A DNA stretch of 64,000 nt. Origin: Eledone cirrhosa. Its lineage: Eukaryota. Numbering within the stretch: position 1 is the stretch's first letter; each line of letters opens with the position of its first letter. Under the pieces are notes generated by a model that saw only the letters and a program-made list of their open reading frames with translations, made no database searches and had not been told where the DNA came from. Location: assembly GCA_964016885.1 (NCBI GenBank), contig OZ024755.1, positions 28,582,001 through 28,646,000 on the forward strand. The letters are read 5' to 3'. Positions 27,869 through 42,600 of this stretch are shown here, one piece after another. The translations under genes and the position numbers were made by a program.

Positions 27869-29568
27869 TTACCGTAAAACTAAACGGTGTGTCATCAATG
27901 AAATCAACGATGCTGGGTTTAAAATCACCTCTGGTCTCAACATCCTGGACCGGACCGAACCGCTGGACCCTATTTCTCTCCACTTTACCCTGAAGGATCA
28001 CAAATCCAATTTTCCCAACAACCCCTCTAATCGGCTTATTAACCCTACGAAGTCCGATTTAGGTAGACTTAGTAAAAGGATTCTTGATAGAATTATACCT
28101 GAAATTAGAAACTTGGCCCCTCTTGCACTGTGGAACAATTCTTTCGCGGTGATTGATTGGTTCAACGGCATATGCAACAAGGAACATTGCTGTTTTATCC
28201 AATTCGACATCAACAATTACTACTTCTCCATCACTTTACCACTTCTCCTTAGAGCTATCAATTTCGCTAAAACACTCACAGTGGTTAAGGATTTCGAAGT
28301 GATGTCATCCTCAATGCCCGTAAGTCGGTGATTAATTTCGACGACTCTATTTGGATTAAAAAATCCAATAGTACCCCATTCGGCGTGAGTATGGGCGCCA
28401 GCGATTCTGCGGAGGTTACTGATCTTATCGGCCTTTTCCTTCTTTTCTCTATCAAGAACGAATTCCCCAACGCGGGCGGTGGTTTGTACCGTGATGATGG
28501 TCTTTTGACCATGACTAAGTGCGGACCTCGTGCTTGGAACAGGTTCAGAAAAGAACTCACAGCCTTCTTTAAAGGCTTCAACCTCTCTATACAGGTTGAG
28601 GCCAATCTCTCGGTCGTTAATTACCTCGACGTTACCCTCAATTTATCGAATGGGTTGTATTACCCGTATAGAAAGCCGAATTATACGCTTAATTACATAA
28701 GTAAGCATTCCAACCATCCTGCCAGCCTAACCAAGAACCTGGTAAGAAACGTTTCGTTGAGGCTTTCCCGTCTATCTACTAACGAGCATATTTTCAACGA
28801 CCATTCCACTTATTACAATGAAGCTCTTGCTCGGAGTGGATTTGTCGATAAGGTAGCATATACAGAGTACGAAAATAGACTTAGAAGAAATAGATCCCGT
28901 CGCATTTGTTGGTATAACCCACCATATAATATGGAGGTGGCCACACCATTAGCTAAGATCTTACTTTCCCTTATTACGAAGCATTTTCCCTCTACACAAA
29001 TTTTTAATAGAAATACTATTAAAATGTTTTACTCTACGACTCCTAACCTTACACATAACATCACAGCTTCAAATTTAGCCAAACTACCTAGCCGAAGGAA
29101 CACGTGCAACCCTGTAGTTAGTACTAACTGTAATTGTAGGTTCGGGTTGATTGCCCCCTATCCGGGAAATGCCTCTCTAGTAACATTGTCTACAAATGTA
29201 AGATTTATACACCCACGTCCCGTAGGGCCTACATAGGGTTAACCGCCAATAGATTCAAGCAGCGTCTTTACATGCATACCCATTCTTTTCTTAACCCTTT
29301 AAGAAGGAATATGACGTCACTTTCAGCTTATATCTGGAGTGTAAAAGACAACCACACCCAACATAAGTTACACTGGGAGATCCTAGCTAAGGCTAGATCG
29401 TATAACGGAAATAAAAGACCACGTGACCCCAGCGGCGCTGAAGCCCTGGAAATACTCTACGCCAAAGACCACATCTTAAACAAAAAATCTGAGGCAATTT
29501 CGGCTTGTAAACATAAATTGCACAAAACTTTCCTGTATTACAGCCCCACGTTATACCCTAACGGATAG
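27869..29568 (+). pseudogene. 5'-truncated, frameshifted Penelope-like (Naiad-type) RT/GIY-YIG ORF
   Basis: FTLKDHKSNF..RLINPTKSDLG, FIQFDINNYY, MGASDSAEVTDLIG, GLYRDDG, WYNPPY, CNCR..CPLSGKCL, IVYKC..YIGLT, ILNKKSEAISACKH; collinear with the 44527 ORF; frameshifts near 28300 and 29145. Confidence 0.92.
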
Positions 29569-29964
29569 TACGATCTATACGTGGATATTTTAGGTCTTGA
29601 TGTGGTAGCTAAGTATATGTTTTGTTTATATCATTACTTATTTTCGTAGGTAAGTATATATTACCTGTATGTTTTGTGAAGGTACGTATACTTTCTCGTA
29701 CGTATATTTGATTGTATATGTTATGGCGTATAATTTTTTATATATTCTGGTACATATGGTTAGGTTATGTGTATACGGGAGTTTTGCGTCTGTGTGAGTA
29801 TGCAGGTTCGTACGTATGTAGGGTGTGTGTATATGTGTACTTCATGTTTTGGTTGACTTACGTCTCCGAACATTTGTGTATTTACATGTAGGTATGTGTG
29901 TGCGCTTGTTATATACGTATTTATTTATTTATATACGTTTATTTAATTATTTATTTATTTGTAT

Positions 29965-30048
<84 letters not shown>

Positions 30049-30479
30049 ACACATACACACACATATTTACACGTGCGTGGTTTTGTATACCTATGGCAAG
30101 TGTTTTCGCGTATGCTTGTGCATGTACGTATTTGCATGTGGGTATGTATTTATTTAATTTCTATTACCTCTGTATTGTATTTTATTTACTTTATTCTTAA
30201 CTCTGAAGCGGAGATTCGTTGGGTTTCCTAGTTAGAATTTTAGTCTACGACTTCAGCTATACCATTTACGTGGTTTTGTCTTTGCGTGCAATTGTTCTCC
30301 ACGATCCACATATGACGTATTATCTTCGTTTTTTCCGTTCATTGCCAGAGAACGTCTCTATGAACCACCTAAGAGAACATTAGTCTACGACTTCTTTTAT
30401 ACCATAAACGTGGTTCTGTCTTTGCGCGTAATTGTTTTTCACCGCTCCTATTAATGACGTTTATATGTCTTTTCCCATT

Positions 30480-30668
30480 GGCGGTGGATTGGCAGTATCG
30501 GTAGAGGGTCGGACGCCATGCTTTCCAGCATAGTTACGTCCCTTTACGATCTGGGTTCAAATCCCGCCGAGGTTGACTTTGCCTTTCATCCTTACGGGGT
30601 CGATAAAATAAAGTACCAGTAATGCACTGGGTAATTGCTGGCCTTGTGCCTAAAGTAGAAACAATTAT
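30480..30668 (+). mobile_element. tRNA-derived SINE (Meta-like central domain)
   Basis: TGGCAGTATCGG A box, GTTCAAATCC B box, gcctttcatccttacggggtcgataaaataaagtaccag core. Confidence 0.88.
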
Positions 30669-30789
30669 ATGTTTTTTCCCGTTCTTTGCCAGGGAACGTT
30701 TCCACCAACCAAAGTATCGTCTTCCTGTCTTCCTCCGGTTGCAACGTTTTTTGAAATATCCACTTGTGCGTTCACAGACTGACTTTGTT

Positions 30790-30840
30790 AGTTTCAGAAG
30801 ATCCCGTTAAGGGTGAAAGCAGCGATTCTTTGCTTAAACT
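30790..30840 (+). ncRNA. Type I hammerhead with variant core CAGAAGA
   Basis: aguuu CAGAAGA ucccguuaagggu GAAA gca...ugc UU aaacu; three stems intact; identical copy at 49865-49915. Confidence 0.7.
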
Positions 30841-30878
30841 TTGATCTGTTATTTTAATAAATATATATATATATATAT

Positions 30879-30954
30879 ATAGGAAAATGTTTAACCCCGA
30901 CGGCAGAGCTCCAACCGTTTCGACGGCTATTTCGTTACCACACCTCCTTCGTTA
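30879..30954. mobile_element. Family A short form (one arm joined to tail tip)
   Basis: ataggaaaatgtttaaccccgacggcagagctc...ttaccacacctccttcgtta. Confidence 0.75.
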
Positions 30955-31357
30955 TATATATATATATGTACTATAAATTAGAGTGTATGAGTGTATCTGT
31001 GTATGTCTTCCAAAGGCTCCGAAACGGTGCATCCTAAAGAAAAACGGTTTTCATTTTCGAAATCTACGTCCCAAGAAATGGAAATGTTACGACATATAAA
31101 TCCACTTCAAGATCGTCAATATTGAATATCATTAGAATCAACAACTGTCAGAATATTTCTCTCTCTACATAAACCTCTATCTCTTTCTGGATTTTACGCT
31201 CCCCCACTGTATATATCATTACCATACTCTATCACTATCTTTGTATATCCTCTATGGTGCAGGTGTTGGTAGCAGTAGGGGTGGTGATGGTGGTACTAGT
31301 CTAGTAGAAGTGATGTTAGTATTAGTGGTAGTAGTAGCAGCAGTGGTGTTAATATTA

Positions 31358-31390
<33 letters not shown>

Positions 31391-31465
31391 GTTGTGGTTG
31401 TATTAATAATGGTGATGGTCATTGTGGTAGTAGTAGTGGTAATGATGGAGGTAGTTGTAGTAGTG

Positions 31466-31502
<37 letters not shown>

Positions 31503-31534
31503 TAGTGGTAGTAGTAGTAGGAGGCGGAGGAGGG

Positions 31535-32015
31535 GGCGATTTTAGACAAACTCTCCCTGTCACTCCAAAGGGCTACAGGATCAAATTCAAGACTGTTTGA
31601 AAAGATATTCTTCACTTTGGACTTCTATCAAGGTTTTGAAGTTCGCTATAAACATGAGAGCATATATTGGAAAAGATAAATAATCATAGCAGTTCGGCCA
31701 GAATCTATTAATGGTTGGCGACGGAAGACTTCCTGGAGATAGAAAGGAAGCTATTGATATAAGTCCCAAGGCACGATGGCAGAATCATCATTCCATCTCA
31801 TGGGAAAATTGTTCCCTAATCCTGAATATCAATTCGCAAGTCACAAGTGGCTCAGTAAAATGGCTATATTAGCCCCGAAAAATGTAAACTGTGAAGTTGA
31901 TAAATGAAGAGCTGTTCAAAAGAAGTCCAATGGTTTCTAAGCTGTATCGATCTGTCGACACTGTGGTGGAACTGTCGGAAGCTGTCAATTACCCGACAGA
32001 GTTTTATAACTATCA
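31535..32015 (+). mobile_element. Helitron PIF1-like helicase remnant
   Basis: GDFRQTLPV, NMRA, LLMVGDG, WLSKMAILAPKN and YRSVDTVVELSEAVNYPTEF motifs across frameshifts. Confidence 0.85.
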
Positions 32016-33216
32016 GGAATACCGACTTTAGGGGAGTATAGGTCTCACCGACTAAAGTAAGTTAGTCTAGCTCATATAATCGTCTCCCTACATGGTTTGA
32101 AGAACAAAAAAAAAAAAAAAACCACAATACTAACCGTAACAAATCATTGGAATAACCAATATTGGAAGAATTTGTTCTATCGCCAGAGGAGGATTCTTTG
32201 GAACAAGAAGAGGTATTGATCATATAGTATAGAGACTATTTCGTATGGTATCCAACACGCTGCGTTGCTGGACTACTAAATGAACAAATCTATATTTATA
32301 TCAGGACAATGCGACGGACATGTAATGTCGTTAGAAATAGTAGCAAAAAACCATCTAAATCAACTCTTTGTTAGTAAAGCGTTTGATTCTTCGACTGAGC
32401 GATGTGTTGTGATGAGTTGTGACATCACTGGTGCTAAGCTGTATCGGTCTTGGACAACATCGCTTGCGTAAATACTATGCATGGTTGACTGCTGGCCTTC
32501 AACATAACTACTTTGCTCGGGTATATGCTTTGGCGGAGAAACTTCTAAATGCAAAAGCCATTATCATTCATAACGTAAAGGGTCTTTACTCTGTTTATAT
32601 AATCGAGTGTTGGTTGCTTATAGAATCAGTTAATAATATTTTCATGATGCATATGTGGATGCACACTCCCAGTTTACTACTGAGTATGCTTTGGCATATA
32701 TCTAAGCGGGGGGAGTTGTACATTCATCTTTTTAGTGTATCGTTGATCATATGAAGGCCTTCATTTTAGCTATCATTTCCTTGGGTCAGAAGTTGTTCGA
32801 GTTCTTCCTTAAAACGTCAATTCGGTGCATCAAAAGGTCTTTTGCTTTTAGCAAAATCTTCAAAGTGATTCTAGGCAATGTATTAGGATACATTCTGATA
32901 GTCGATGGCGTAGTATCATTGCCACAAAGCCAAAGAGACGTGCTTTGATGAGTAACTCATTGTTTGTAATATGGCATTTCCTTTACTTTGTATGAGGTGC
33001 CGCAATTACGGATGTTAGAATCGTTCCAATTGTTTACAGGCTGTAAGCTTAAGGCTCTAAATCTCGATAGCATAATATAGAACTGAGAAGGGAACTGTTT
33101 TAAAGAACATATTTTTCGTTTTGAGTAAGAGACAGTAATTTGTAAAGACTCGGTAAACGAGCTCGCCATTTGTATTGTAAGAAAATTTAATTCTATTATT
33201 AATGTCACCTATGTAG

Positions 33217-33445
33217 GGCAGTGGATTGGCAATATCAGTAGAGGGTCGGCGCCATGCTTTGCAGCCGAGAGTTACAGCCCTTTATGATCTGAGTTCAAAT
33301 CCCGCCGAGGTTAACTTTTCCTTACATCCTTACGGGGGTCAATAAAATAAAGCACCAGTCGATAAAATAAAGTACCAGTCACGCACTGGGATCGACTTTC
33401 CCTCCCCTAAAATTGCTGGCCTTGTGCCTATATAAGAAACCATCA
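33217..33445 (+). mobile_element. tRNA-derived SINE (Meta-like)
   Basis: Same family as 30480, with internal duplication of gataaaataaagtaccagtc. Confidence 0.85.
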
Positions 33446-34165
33446 TTAATGTCAACTTTAAAAATGGTTACGGTTGACACGATATTGCCAGCATAGGATA
33501 TTTGGCTGACAGTTTCCATGGTTTGGCCTCCAATGTGGACGTGATCATCTGGTCTTTTATATCAGTATCCTCGTTTGTCAACATTAACATGCTTTCCAAA
33601 ACACTGATATATTTCGTTTATCTGTGTGGTTCTGCAGTCACCAGAAGATCAGTTTCACTGCTTGCAGGTGTTTCATTTCACTGTCATCGACTTATTGTAG
33701 CTCAAACACTCCGTTCGCAGTAGATTTTGTATTGGAGCGGAATTGACAATAATTGCACAACCCACCATCTAACGCGTATCGGACGTCGACGAATGAAAAT
33801 TAAAAAGATAACACTTATGGAGCAGATGGCTCCTCTCCTTCTCGCAGTTACATCTTGGATGGTCTGTTGGATCGAATGCGGGAAGGTTGAGAGTGTGTCT
33901 ATGTTTCCTTGCGGCTGAATTCGCTCCTTAAACATTCTTAGCAAATGCATGATACACCATTCAAAGTCATGATTGATTGCGAGGGACAGCTATAGATATA
34001 AAGTTAGTTTCTTTCTTGCTGGCTGTATATAGAAAGATAATTGCTTTCACGAATGTGTTATCTATTTAAAATAATCAATCCCGTTTAAGTTACGGGGAAC
34101 CTAGTTAGTACTTAGATATGTGACAGCTTGGGAACCCTAGGTGCTGTAAGCATTGAAAAAAATGT

Positions 34166-34316
34166 GAAGGCGCATGGCTTGCTGGTTAGAGAGTTGGATT
34201 CGCCATTCTTGAGCAAGACACTTTATTTCACGTTGCTCCTTCTGCCAGGAGTTGCGACCGGTGGCTGGTATCAACAATGGAAAAAGCAATGGAAACAAAA
34301 GTGTCCTTGGTCCGAG
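34166..34316 (+). mobile_element. CORE-like SINE, internally deleted
   Basis: gaaggcgcatggc...cttgagcaagacactttatttcacgttgctcc...gttgcgaccg; matches the 15068 copy. Confidence 0.7.
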
Positions 34317-35095
34317 TAAAAGTTGGTTTATAATCAGTGCACCTTCGACATTTAAACTGGGTACTAATTTGCTTGTGAGAACACACTGCAGGATTAAAGC
34401 CAGACCGCGTTGTCTTATTTTAAATTCAAGAAATATACAGAATATAACCACGTGATTATACATTAAATCTTAGCAGAAATCGACAAATATAATCTCTAGC
34501 CCAGAATATATCTATCGATTTTAAGCTGTTTTAGCAATAGAAGTAAATAAAGAAGAGTATTTGTCATCCTGAAGCAATACCAATGCCTCATTTCTAATCT
34601 ACACTGCTTCCCATATATTTATTCTCTCGTTTTATTTATGTTGTTTGTGACGGAAATCTTAAAGAAAGCAGATAGCTTATGGCTGTTAGCCAAATATATG
34701 GCAGTTTCATCTCCTCCGAGGCTTGTCACATCATCTATTACACAACAAATCACATTTAAGAATGGAACGAACATCAAAATTTCCATCTGCCCAATAGAAA
34801 AATATATTTGCCTATTATCAAACAACCCATTATAACTCTTGTCATGTATTAGTGACATTTTTTTATGCTGTTTCATGATACTAGATTCCTTTCGATATAA
34901 GATAAACCTTTCATAATTTATGTAAAGGAAATGGAAAAGGTGAACTTAAATTATTTCTTAAGAGCACTAGAAGTGCAAAGGAAGTGAAATACTTTCAGCT
35001 TGATATTGAAAGAAAGTTTTGTGGAATTACTGGAAGGTAATACCATTTTTACAGCCCTTGACACAATCTTTTAAGATTGATTGTTTCGAGTGTAA

Positions 35096-35317
35096 GATTG
35101 ATGGTTTCTTATATAGGCACAAGGCCAGCAATTTTGGGGAAGGGGAAAGTTGATTAAATCAACCCCAGTGAGTGACTGGTACTTTATTTTATCGACCCCG
35201 TAAGGATGAAAGGCTAAGTTAACCTCGGTAGGATTTGAACTCAGGCCGTAAAGGGCCGTAACTCTATGTTGCAAAGCATGGTGTCCGACTCTATACCGAT
35301 ACTGCCAATCCACCGCC
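35096..35317 (-). mobile_element. tRNA-derived SINE (Meta-like) with 16-bp TSD
   Basis: TSD attgtttcgagtgtaa at 35080-35095 and 35318-35333. Confidence 0.9.
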
Positions 35318-36599
35318 ATTGTTTCGAGTGTAATATGGAAATAGTTTTCCTACTATGAAACCAAAAATGCTCGAATTTATTTTATTTTAAACTCGTATGA
35401 GAAGTCCAATGAATACTTATTTATTCACAGTAGGTTATTATTATTTAATGTTATAAGTGATTTTGTTCTTGTTAATGCTTCTATTGTTGTTGTTGTTGTT
35501 GTTGTGTTCTTCTTGTGTTTTTCAGTCGTGAATTATAAACCCTATGAGCAATGTCTAATCTAGTTGATATGATCGTTTCTATATTTTTGTTTTATTCAAA
35601 CAGAATTAATTTCGTCAATGCGTTCAAGTTTATTTAAGACGGTAAAAAGTGAATTGAGAGAGATATTGCTGCTATTTCTAGCTGTTTTTTATTGTGCAGA
35701 CAAGCTTTTATTAAAGATGTGTTGTGGACGACAAAATAGAGCACTACATAAACTTGGGGTATTTATTTATGCATCTTTATAGACTAAATCTGACTCGACT
35801 CAGAGCTCAATCATTTTCTATCGTTTAATTATGTACCAGTTATTAATTGGGTACATTTACTTTTTTTAACTTTTCTCTGTTGTATTTTACATGGGATCTT
35901 TCTTAGGCAGTTTCTACAGCGTATCAATATTATTAAAAGTAATTCCGTCAGCCCTTTCTTAGTTTCTAGAGAAACTTATGTAGTGAATGGTCGCCAAGGA
36001 ATTTTGAGCGAGAGAAAAAGGAGGAGAGAAAAAGGGAATTTAGAGAGGGAGAAAAAGGGGGAGAAAAGAGGAAATTTAGAGAGGAACAAAAAAGGGGAGA
36101 AAAGAGGGAATTTAAAAAGGGAGAAAATAGGTGGAAAGAGGGAATTTAGAGAGGGAAAAAAGAGGGAATTTAGAGAGGGAGAAAAAGGGAGAGAAAAGAA
36201 GGGGAAAGCGGGAAAGAAAAAGTAGAGAATTTACCACAGTACTTTTTTGGTATGTTATCTATCGACGTTGTAAACCATAAAGGGGTCATCGACCTCGGCT
36301 GGATATGAACTCAGAGCTTACTGACATCAACTTTTAAGCCGCTGTCACATAACAGCAGACTCAAAGTTGGTGGGTGTGGCTCCGCCATGTTTTTTTTGTT
36401 TTTTTTTCGAAAAAAGTTATATTTTGTTTTAAACAAAGTTCAAATATTTGGGCCAAAATGCCCATATATTATAGGGTCCCCTTCACCCGGCAAAGTCCAA
36501 GGGCTTTTGTCCCGTACACGTTTTGTAAGAGCTAAATAAAGAGACTTAAGAGAGCGAGCAAAAAGACGTACGACCACACCAATAACCAATAACTAATAA

Positions 36600-37112
36600 T
36601 AATTGTTTCTACTTTAGGCACAAGGCCAGCAATTACCCAGTGCATAACTGGTACTTTATTTTATCGACCCCGTAAGGATGAAAGGCAAAGTCTACCTCGG
36701 CGGGATTTGAACTCAGATCGTAAAGGGACGTAACTATGCTGGAAAGCATGGCGTCCGACCCTCTACTGATACTACCAATCCACCGCCCATAATAATAATA
36801 ATAGTAATAATGTTTCTACTTTTGGCACAAGGCCAGCAGTTACCCCAGTGTATTACTGGTAGTGATAATTATTTCTACTTTTGGCACAAGGCCAGCAGTT
36901 ACCCCAGTGTATTACTGGTAGTGATAATTATTTCTACTTTTGGCACAAGGCCAGCAGTTTCCCCAGTGTATTACTGGTAGTGATAATTATTTCTACTTTT
37001 GGCACAAGGCCAGCAGTTTCCCCAGTGTATTACTGGTACTTTATTTTATCGACACCGTAAGAATGAAAGGCAAAGTTAGCCTGGTGGGATTTGAACTCAG
37101 AACGTAAAGTGC
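36600..37112 (-). mobile_element. Two adjacent Meta-like SINEs; the second has its 60-bp tail in four tandem copies
   Basis: Full copy 36600-36787; tttctacttttggcacaaggccagcagtt...tattactggta x4 at 36812-37040. Confidence 0.85.
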
Positions 37113-37500
37113 CATAATAATAATAATAATAATTTCATTTATTGGCCACAAGGGCCGACATGTAGGGGAAAATACAAAGACACGGACAGATGGGTTTACA
37201 ATAAGCTCCAGTAAAAGTGCACAATAGCAAAAACAATTTAACAATGAAAATATAAAATAAACTATGTATAAACAAAATAAATTCCCCAATAGTGGGGTGG
37301 ACGACCCAGGGCCGACTCAGGTACACCACCTTCCTGAACCACCCGACGCTTCTAGGGCACCCCTCTCCTCCTCAATTTAACCAGCCTACAGGCGCATGGT
37401 CAGAGCGCGCTCTCTCACACGGGCCATTCTCGCCAGATTCATCCTTTTAGCAAATGTATGGGGGGCAGCACTTCTCTCTCCACCCTCACCTTCCAATAAT
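37113..37500 (-). mobile_element. L1/Tx1-like LINE 3' end
   Basis: Minus translation KVRVEREVLP...NLARMARVRERALTMRL*, then UTR, AATAAA and (ATT)n tail. Confidence 0.6.
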
Positions 37501-39111
37501 AATACAGGAATTTGCATATCTTTATTTAATATTCTCCAACATCATTTTTTTCAGGGGCTTTTTAGTTTGAATTGTGTGCCACTATTTTGTTACCATCTGC
37601 TTTATAGCATGTATATATTTACTATCTAGTCTTTTTTTTTCAAATTAAAATGTTTTTAACCTTTCACGTTCAGGCCTCAATTTTTCTCTGTATATTGGAA
37701 ACTGAGAAGAAAAAGCAAAAGCACATGTAAAGGTCATTTGTAAAATATTTCAAATTTTAAAGTTTACCTCAAAAATCTAAGAAGAAAAAAAAAAAAAAAA
37801 AAAAAAAAGAAATTCTCGCAATATAAACGCGCGTTGTTGCAAAGGTAATATACGGAGCTGTGTTATCAAAAGCGCATATCAAATATATATAAATATCTTA
37901 TAGCACCCTACTTTCAATTCAATTGAATATTGTCAATATATATAAAGAGAATGCAAATAACCGTTTAGTTAGTTTGTGAAAAAGGAAATTCTTATATTTA
38001 TCAGTTCGTATTTTAGAGCTATGTATGCATTGAATCCCACTAACATGGTTGCGAGTTTTGTTTGTTTTAACATATTCTTGAAACATTAAAGTAAAAACTT
38101 ATTCTCTTACATCTCTGGTTAACTGTCTTTCATCAGATAAATTACGGGCTCATCGAAAAGCAGGTTGCAATACATTAAATATTTGAACATTTCTCTCTAT
38201 TGCATAATACTTTAAAAATCTCTTCTCATACTTCATCACATATTCATCTTCCACATCTCTTCCATTTTATGATGCTGACGCCTTCCTAAGTAGTTATTAT
38301 TCCCTTCTTCACTAGAACCAGTGCTGAATAAATGTGTCCTATTCTATCTCTTAATTCTTCTATCACTATTCTCATATTATTACCACCTTTTATTTCCATT
38401 TACCTGCCTCTTTCCTCATTTTTTATTCTGTTATTTTCAGTTCTTCAGCGTTATATCTTTCTCAAACTATCTCTTATTCTTTTCATTTCCCTTTACTATC
38501 ATCTGTATGTCTGTTTCCCTTTACCTTAAAAATGCGTTTGTATCCTTTTACATGGGCACAAAGCCAGAAAAATTATTATAAGGAGGAACAACCGATTAAA
38601 TCGAGCAGCGCCTCACTGGTAATTATTTTATCAACCTCGGAAGAATAAAACGCATCAATAATGCCACAGGAGAGCCGAATAAAACTTTCAATGCCCACTT
38701 AAGCATTGTCGGAGCAGGTTACCTTTAGTGTCATTTTACATTCTCTAACTAACACTTACTGGCAAATCCTATTACAAAATCTTACTTCACTTTCCAACTT
38801 CTCTTTTTTTTTTATTATCATATTGTCTTCTGTTTCTTAAGCTTTTTATTTCTCCCATTCGATGTATCGATTATTAATTGATGTTAATGATGGAACTCTA
38901 CATTATGATTATATATTGATACCTTATGTAATCAGAATTAGACACTTAGTGCACATATTTGCAAATATTTCTGTGTGTACACATACACACGCACACACAA
39001 AAACACACACAAACTCTCTCTCACACGCACACACAGACACACACACAAACTCTCTCACACACATAAACACACACACACTCTCTCTCACACGCACACATAT
39101 AGATATATATA

Positions 39112-39479
39112 TAAATGTAGTCTTTAGAATAATATGTACAAAGGAACGGTGCAGGAACAAGACAACGATATACATGGGAGAGACAGAATAGGAAATAGAT
39201 TAAGGGACACTGGCGATAATTTAAGTAGAAACACTAACCAGTGATATACCCACATGCCAAACTAGAACACAGGGGTTCGATAGATCACATAGAAATAAAG
39301 ACCCTATCCACACATAGAACTTACACAGCACTGTGACAAATTACAGAGGCCACTTACATAAAAGAATATAGCCCTAGCCTGAACAGAAAACACGAGTGGA
39401 ATAGAAGAGACTTAAACAGATAATCATTGAGGCGGCCAAACTATGTGTGACGAAATATCTTTGATGAGAATATGAATAA

Positions 39480-39480
<1 letters not shown>
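39112..39480 (+). pseudogene. PLE GIY-YIG endonuclease 3' fragment (third PLE lineage)
   Basis: NVVFRIICTKERCRNKTTIYMGET...[21 protein letters not shown] with stops; degenerate HHR-like motif at 39423-39465, AATAAA, microsatellite flanks. Confidence 0.7.
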
Positions 39481-39557
<77 letters not shown>

Positions 39558-39750
39558 ATATGTATATATATATATATATGTATGTATATATGTATATATA
39601 AATATATATGTATGTATGTATGTATATATAAATATATATGTATATATATATCTGTATTGAGATGTTGATATATATATATGTATATATATAACTAAATATA
39701 TGTATATATATATATATATAGGTGTATATATATAAATAAATAAATATATG

Positions 39751-39811
<61 letters not shown>

Positions 39812-39818
<7 letters not shown>

Positions 39819-40209
39819 AGATCAAAAGATGGTTAAAGGAGTTCAATATATTTTATTATGCGCATTTCAAAAACAAACATCATCAAACAATAATATTTGT
39901 GTTTTCATCAGATAAAACAGGAGAACATGATATGAAGGCTAAAAAAACACTTGTTGATAGTGCAGTTTTAAATCAACATATCATTTTTTTTTAGCCTTCA
40001 TATCATGTTCTCCTGTTTTATCTGATGAAAACACAAATATTATTGTTTGATGATGTTTGTTTTTGAAATGCGCATAATAAAATATATTGAACTCCTTTAA
40101 CCATCTTTTGATCTTATATTATGCATACTCCAGTCCCACAAACTGTAGAGTGCTTCTTATCCGATATCTGCATTGCTTTATTGTACTACAATAAAACTCA
40201 CCTCCTACA
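39812..40209. mobile_element. Family B inverted-arm insertion (HHR at 40016-40082 plus mirror copy)
   Basis: Same outer end points as the 15791 copy but a different central junction. Confidence 0.85.
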
Positions 40210-40261
40210 TATATATATATATATATAGGTGTATATATATAAATAAATAAATATATGTATG

Positions 40262-40292
<31 letters not shown>

Positions 40293-40325
40293 GGGTGTCT
40301 ATATATAAATAAATAAATATATGTA

Positions 40326-40363
<38 letters not shown>

Positions 40364-40699
40364 CGGGATAAGAAATTATTATTATAGGTAGTCCACTTAG
40401 AAGTAGTCCATAGGGTACTCCGAGTGGTGGATAGTATTAACGCTTGGTTAAGTTTGACTCAACAAGGCGTTTCCATAGTGATGCTGCGAGTACGCTGTAA
40501 TTCCTATGTTGTAAACACTTGGAGTAATAATAAATCAAGAAAGAAGAGTGACATGGTTTGCTATACAATAAGGGGTTTATTCACATTGCTAACAATTGGT
40601 TCACGTTCAGTAGGTCTAGAGATCGTTACCCGCCTGTTTTTTCGTTAATCGATCACCAATACTCTATTATAACCAGTCTATTCGTCAAAGGATTTGAGA

Positions 40700-40737
<38 letters not shown>

Positions 40738-40741
<4 letters not shown>

Positions 40742-40932
40742 TTTTAATATAGATGAGATTCTACAGGACTAGAACTGTTTCATTCATTAGAAATCATCAG
40801 GAATCAGGATGATTTCTAATGAATGAAACAGTTCTAGTCCTGTAGAATCTCATCTATATTAAAACTGTTATACTCTGCTATGTATTGAGTACCTTACTTA
40901 CTGTGGTTACCTCCGATTCAACCCGGAATAAC

Positions 40933-40968
<36 letters not shown>

Positions 40969-41034
40969 TTTTAATATAGATGAGATTCTACAGGACTAGA
41001 ACTGCTTCATTCTTTAGAAATCATCGGAATAACG
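40738..41034. mobile_element. Family C: two inverted-arm insertions with a minus-strand HHR (40757-40805)
   Basis: 40738-40805 is the reverse complement of 42601-42665; direct arm 40808-40933; second short copy 40965-41034. Confidence 0.8.
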
Positions 41035-41341
41035 TATATATATATATAAATATATATATATGTATATATATGTATATATATATATGTATATATATGTATA
41101 TAAATATATGTATATATATATATATATATATATACATACATATATATATATATAATAATAAATATATATGTATATACATACATATATGTATATATGTATA
41201 TATGTATATACATGTATATATATATATATATATGCATATATATGTATATACATATATATATATATATATATACAAATGAATATATGATAGGGGTAAACAC
41301 TGATAAAATTATACATGTGTTTGCATTTCAAATGACCAAGT

Positions 41342-41418
<77 letters not shown>

Positions 41419-41562
41419 GTTATTCCGGGTTATACGTTATTCCATATTTATACATATGTATACTCGTGTTTGTATGTATGCGTGTGAGTGTATTTACTTG
41501 TGTATATATATGTGTGTATGTGTGTATGTATGTGTATGTGTGTGTGTATCCGTGTGTGTGTG

Positions 41563-41598
<36 letters not shown>

Positions 41599-41604
41599 TG
41601 TATG

Positions 41605-41657
<53 letters not shown>

Positions 41658-41768
41658 GTATATATATGTATGTGTGTGTATATATATATGTATATATATA
41701 TGTATGTATGTGTGTGTGTGTGTATGTGTGTATATATATATATGTGTGTGTGTATATATGTATATGTA

Positions 41769-41852
<84 letters not shown>

Positions 41853-42600
41853 ATATGTGTGCGTATGTATATGTGTATATGTATTTTATATATGTATGTA
41901 TGTATGTATGTGTGTATGTATGTGCGTGTACATGAATATATATTTGTATATATTTATATACTTTTTTTATATATGTGTGTGTGTTTTTATGTGTGTATTT
42001 GTGTTTATGTGTGTGTTTATGGTTGCGCGTAAGTGTGTGAGTGAGTATGTGTGTTCTTTTGGGGTTTTTTTTTTTTTTTTTTTATTAGGTGGGTTTTTTT
42101 TTGTTTTTCTGTTTTTTTGGTTTTTTGGGGTTTTTTTTGTTTTTTTGTGAATGTGTCTGTTGATTTGGCATACTGTTGATTAGTTTAAGAGAAGTTCGAA
42201 GATAATAGTAAGATATGCACTCAGTATTTTGAATCTGTCTGCAGAATTCCCTAGACTTAGCAGAACTTAGCAGAACTTAATGACTTTAGCTTTTAAAGAA
42301 TCTCCCTTTTCTTTAATTCTATCGAGCATGAATGACCCCCCACTGATTTTATAGACATCTGCTAGCTTAAGAGAAACTTATTGACAAGGAATGGTATGCC
42401 ATCCGGAACTTGTTTATAGATTTCTGTCTGCCTTTGTTACTCTAAAAACATAAATAAATATAAATTAACTATAGCTATGTAGAATTAGCCTTTAATGAAT
42501 TCCCTTCTCTATCAACCAATGACCTGCACCCATCCCACTCCCCACCCTCTCCTACCACTTGTAGAGACCTATAAATACCATATTTATTTTTTGATACCCA

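Larger units (their letters stand above)
29569..30861 (+). mobile_element. Probable 3' UTR/pLTR of the decayed PLE, interrupted by a SINE
   Basis: Ends in an HHR-bearing segment (30670-30861) that abuts (TA)n; solo copy of that segment at 49745-49937. Confidence 0.55.
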
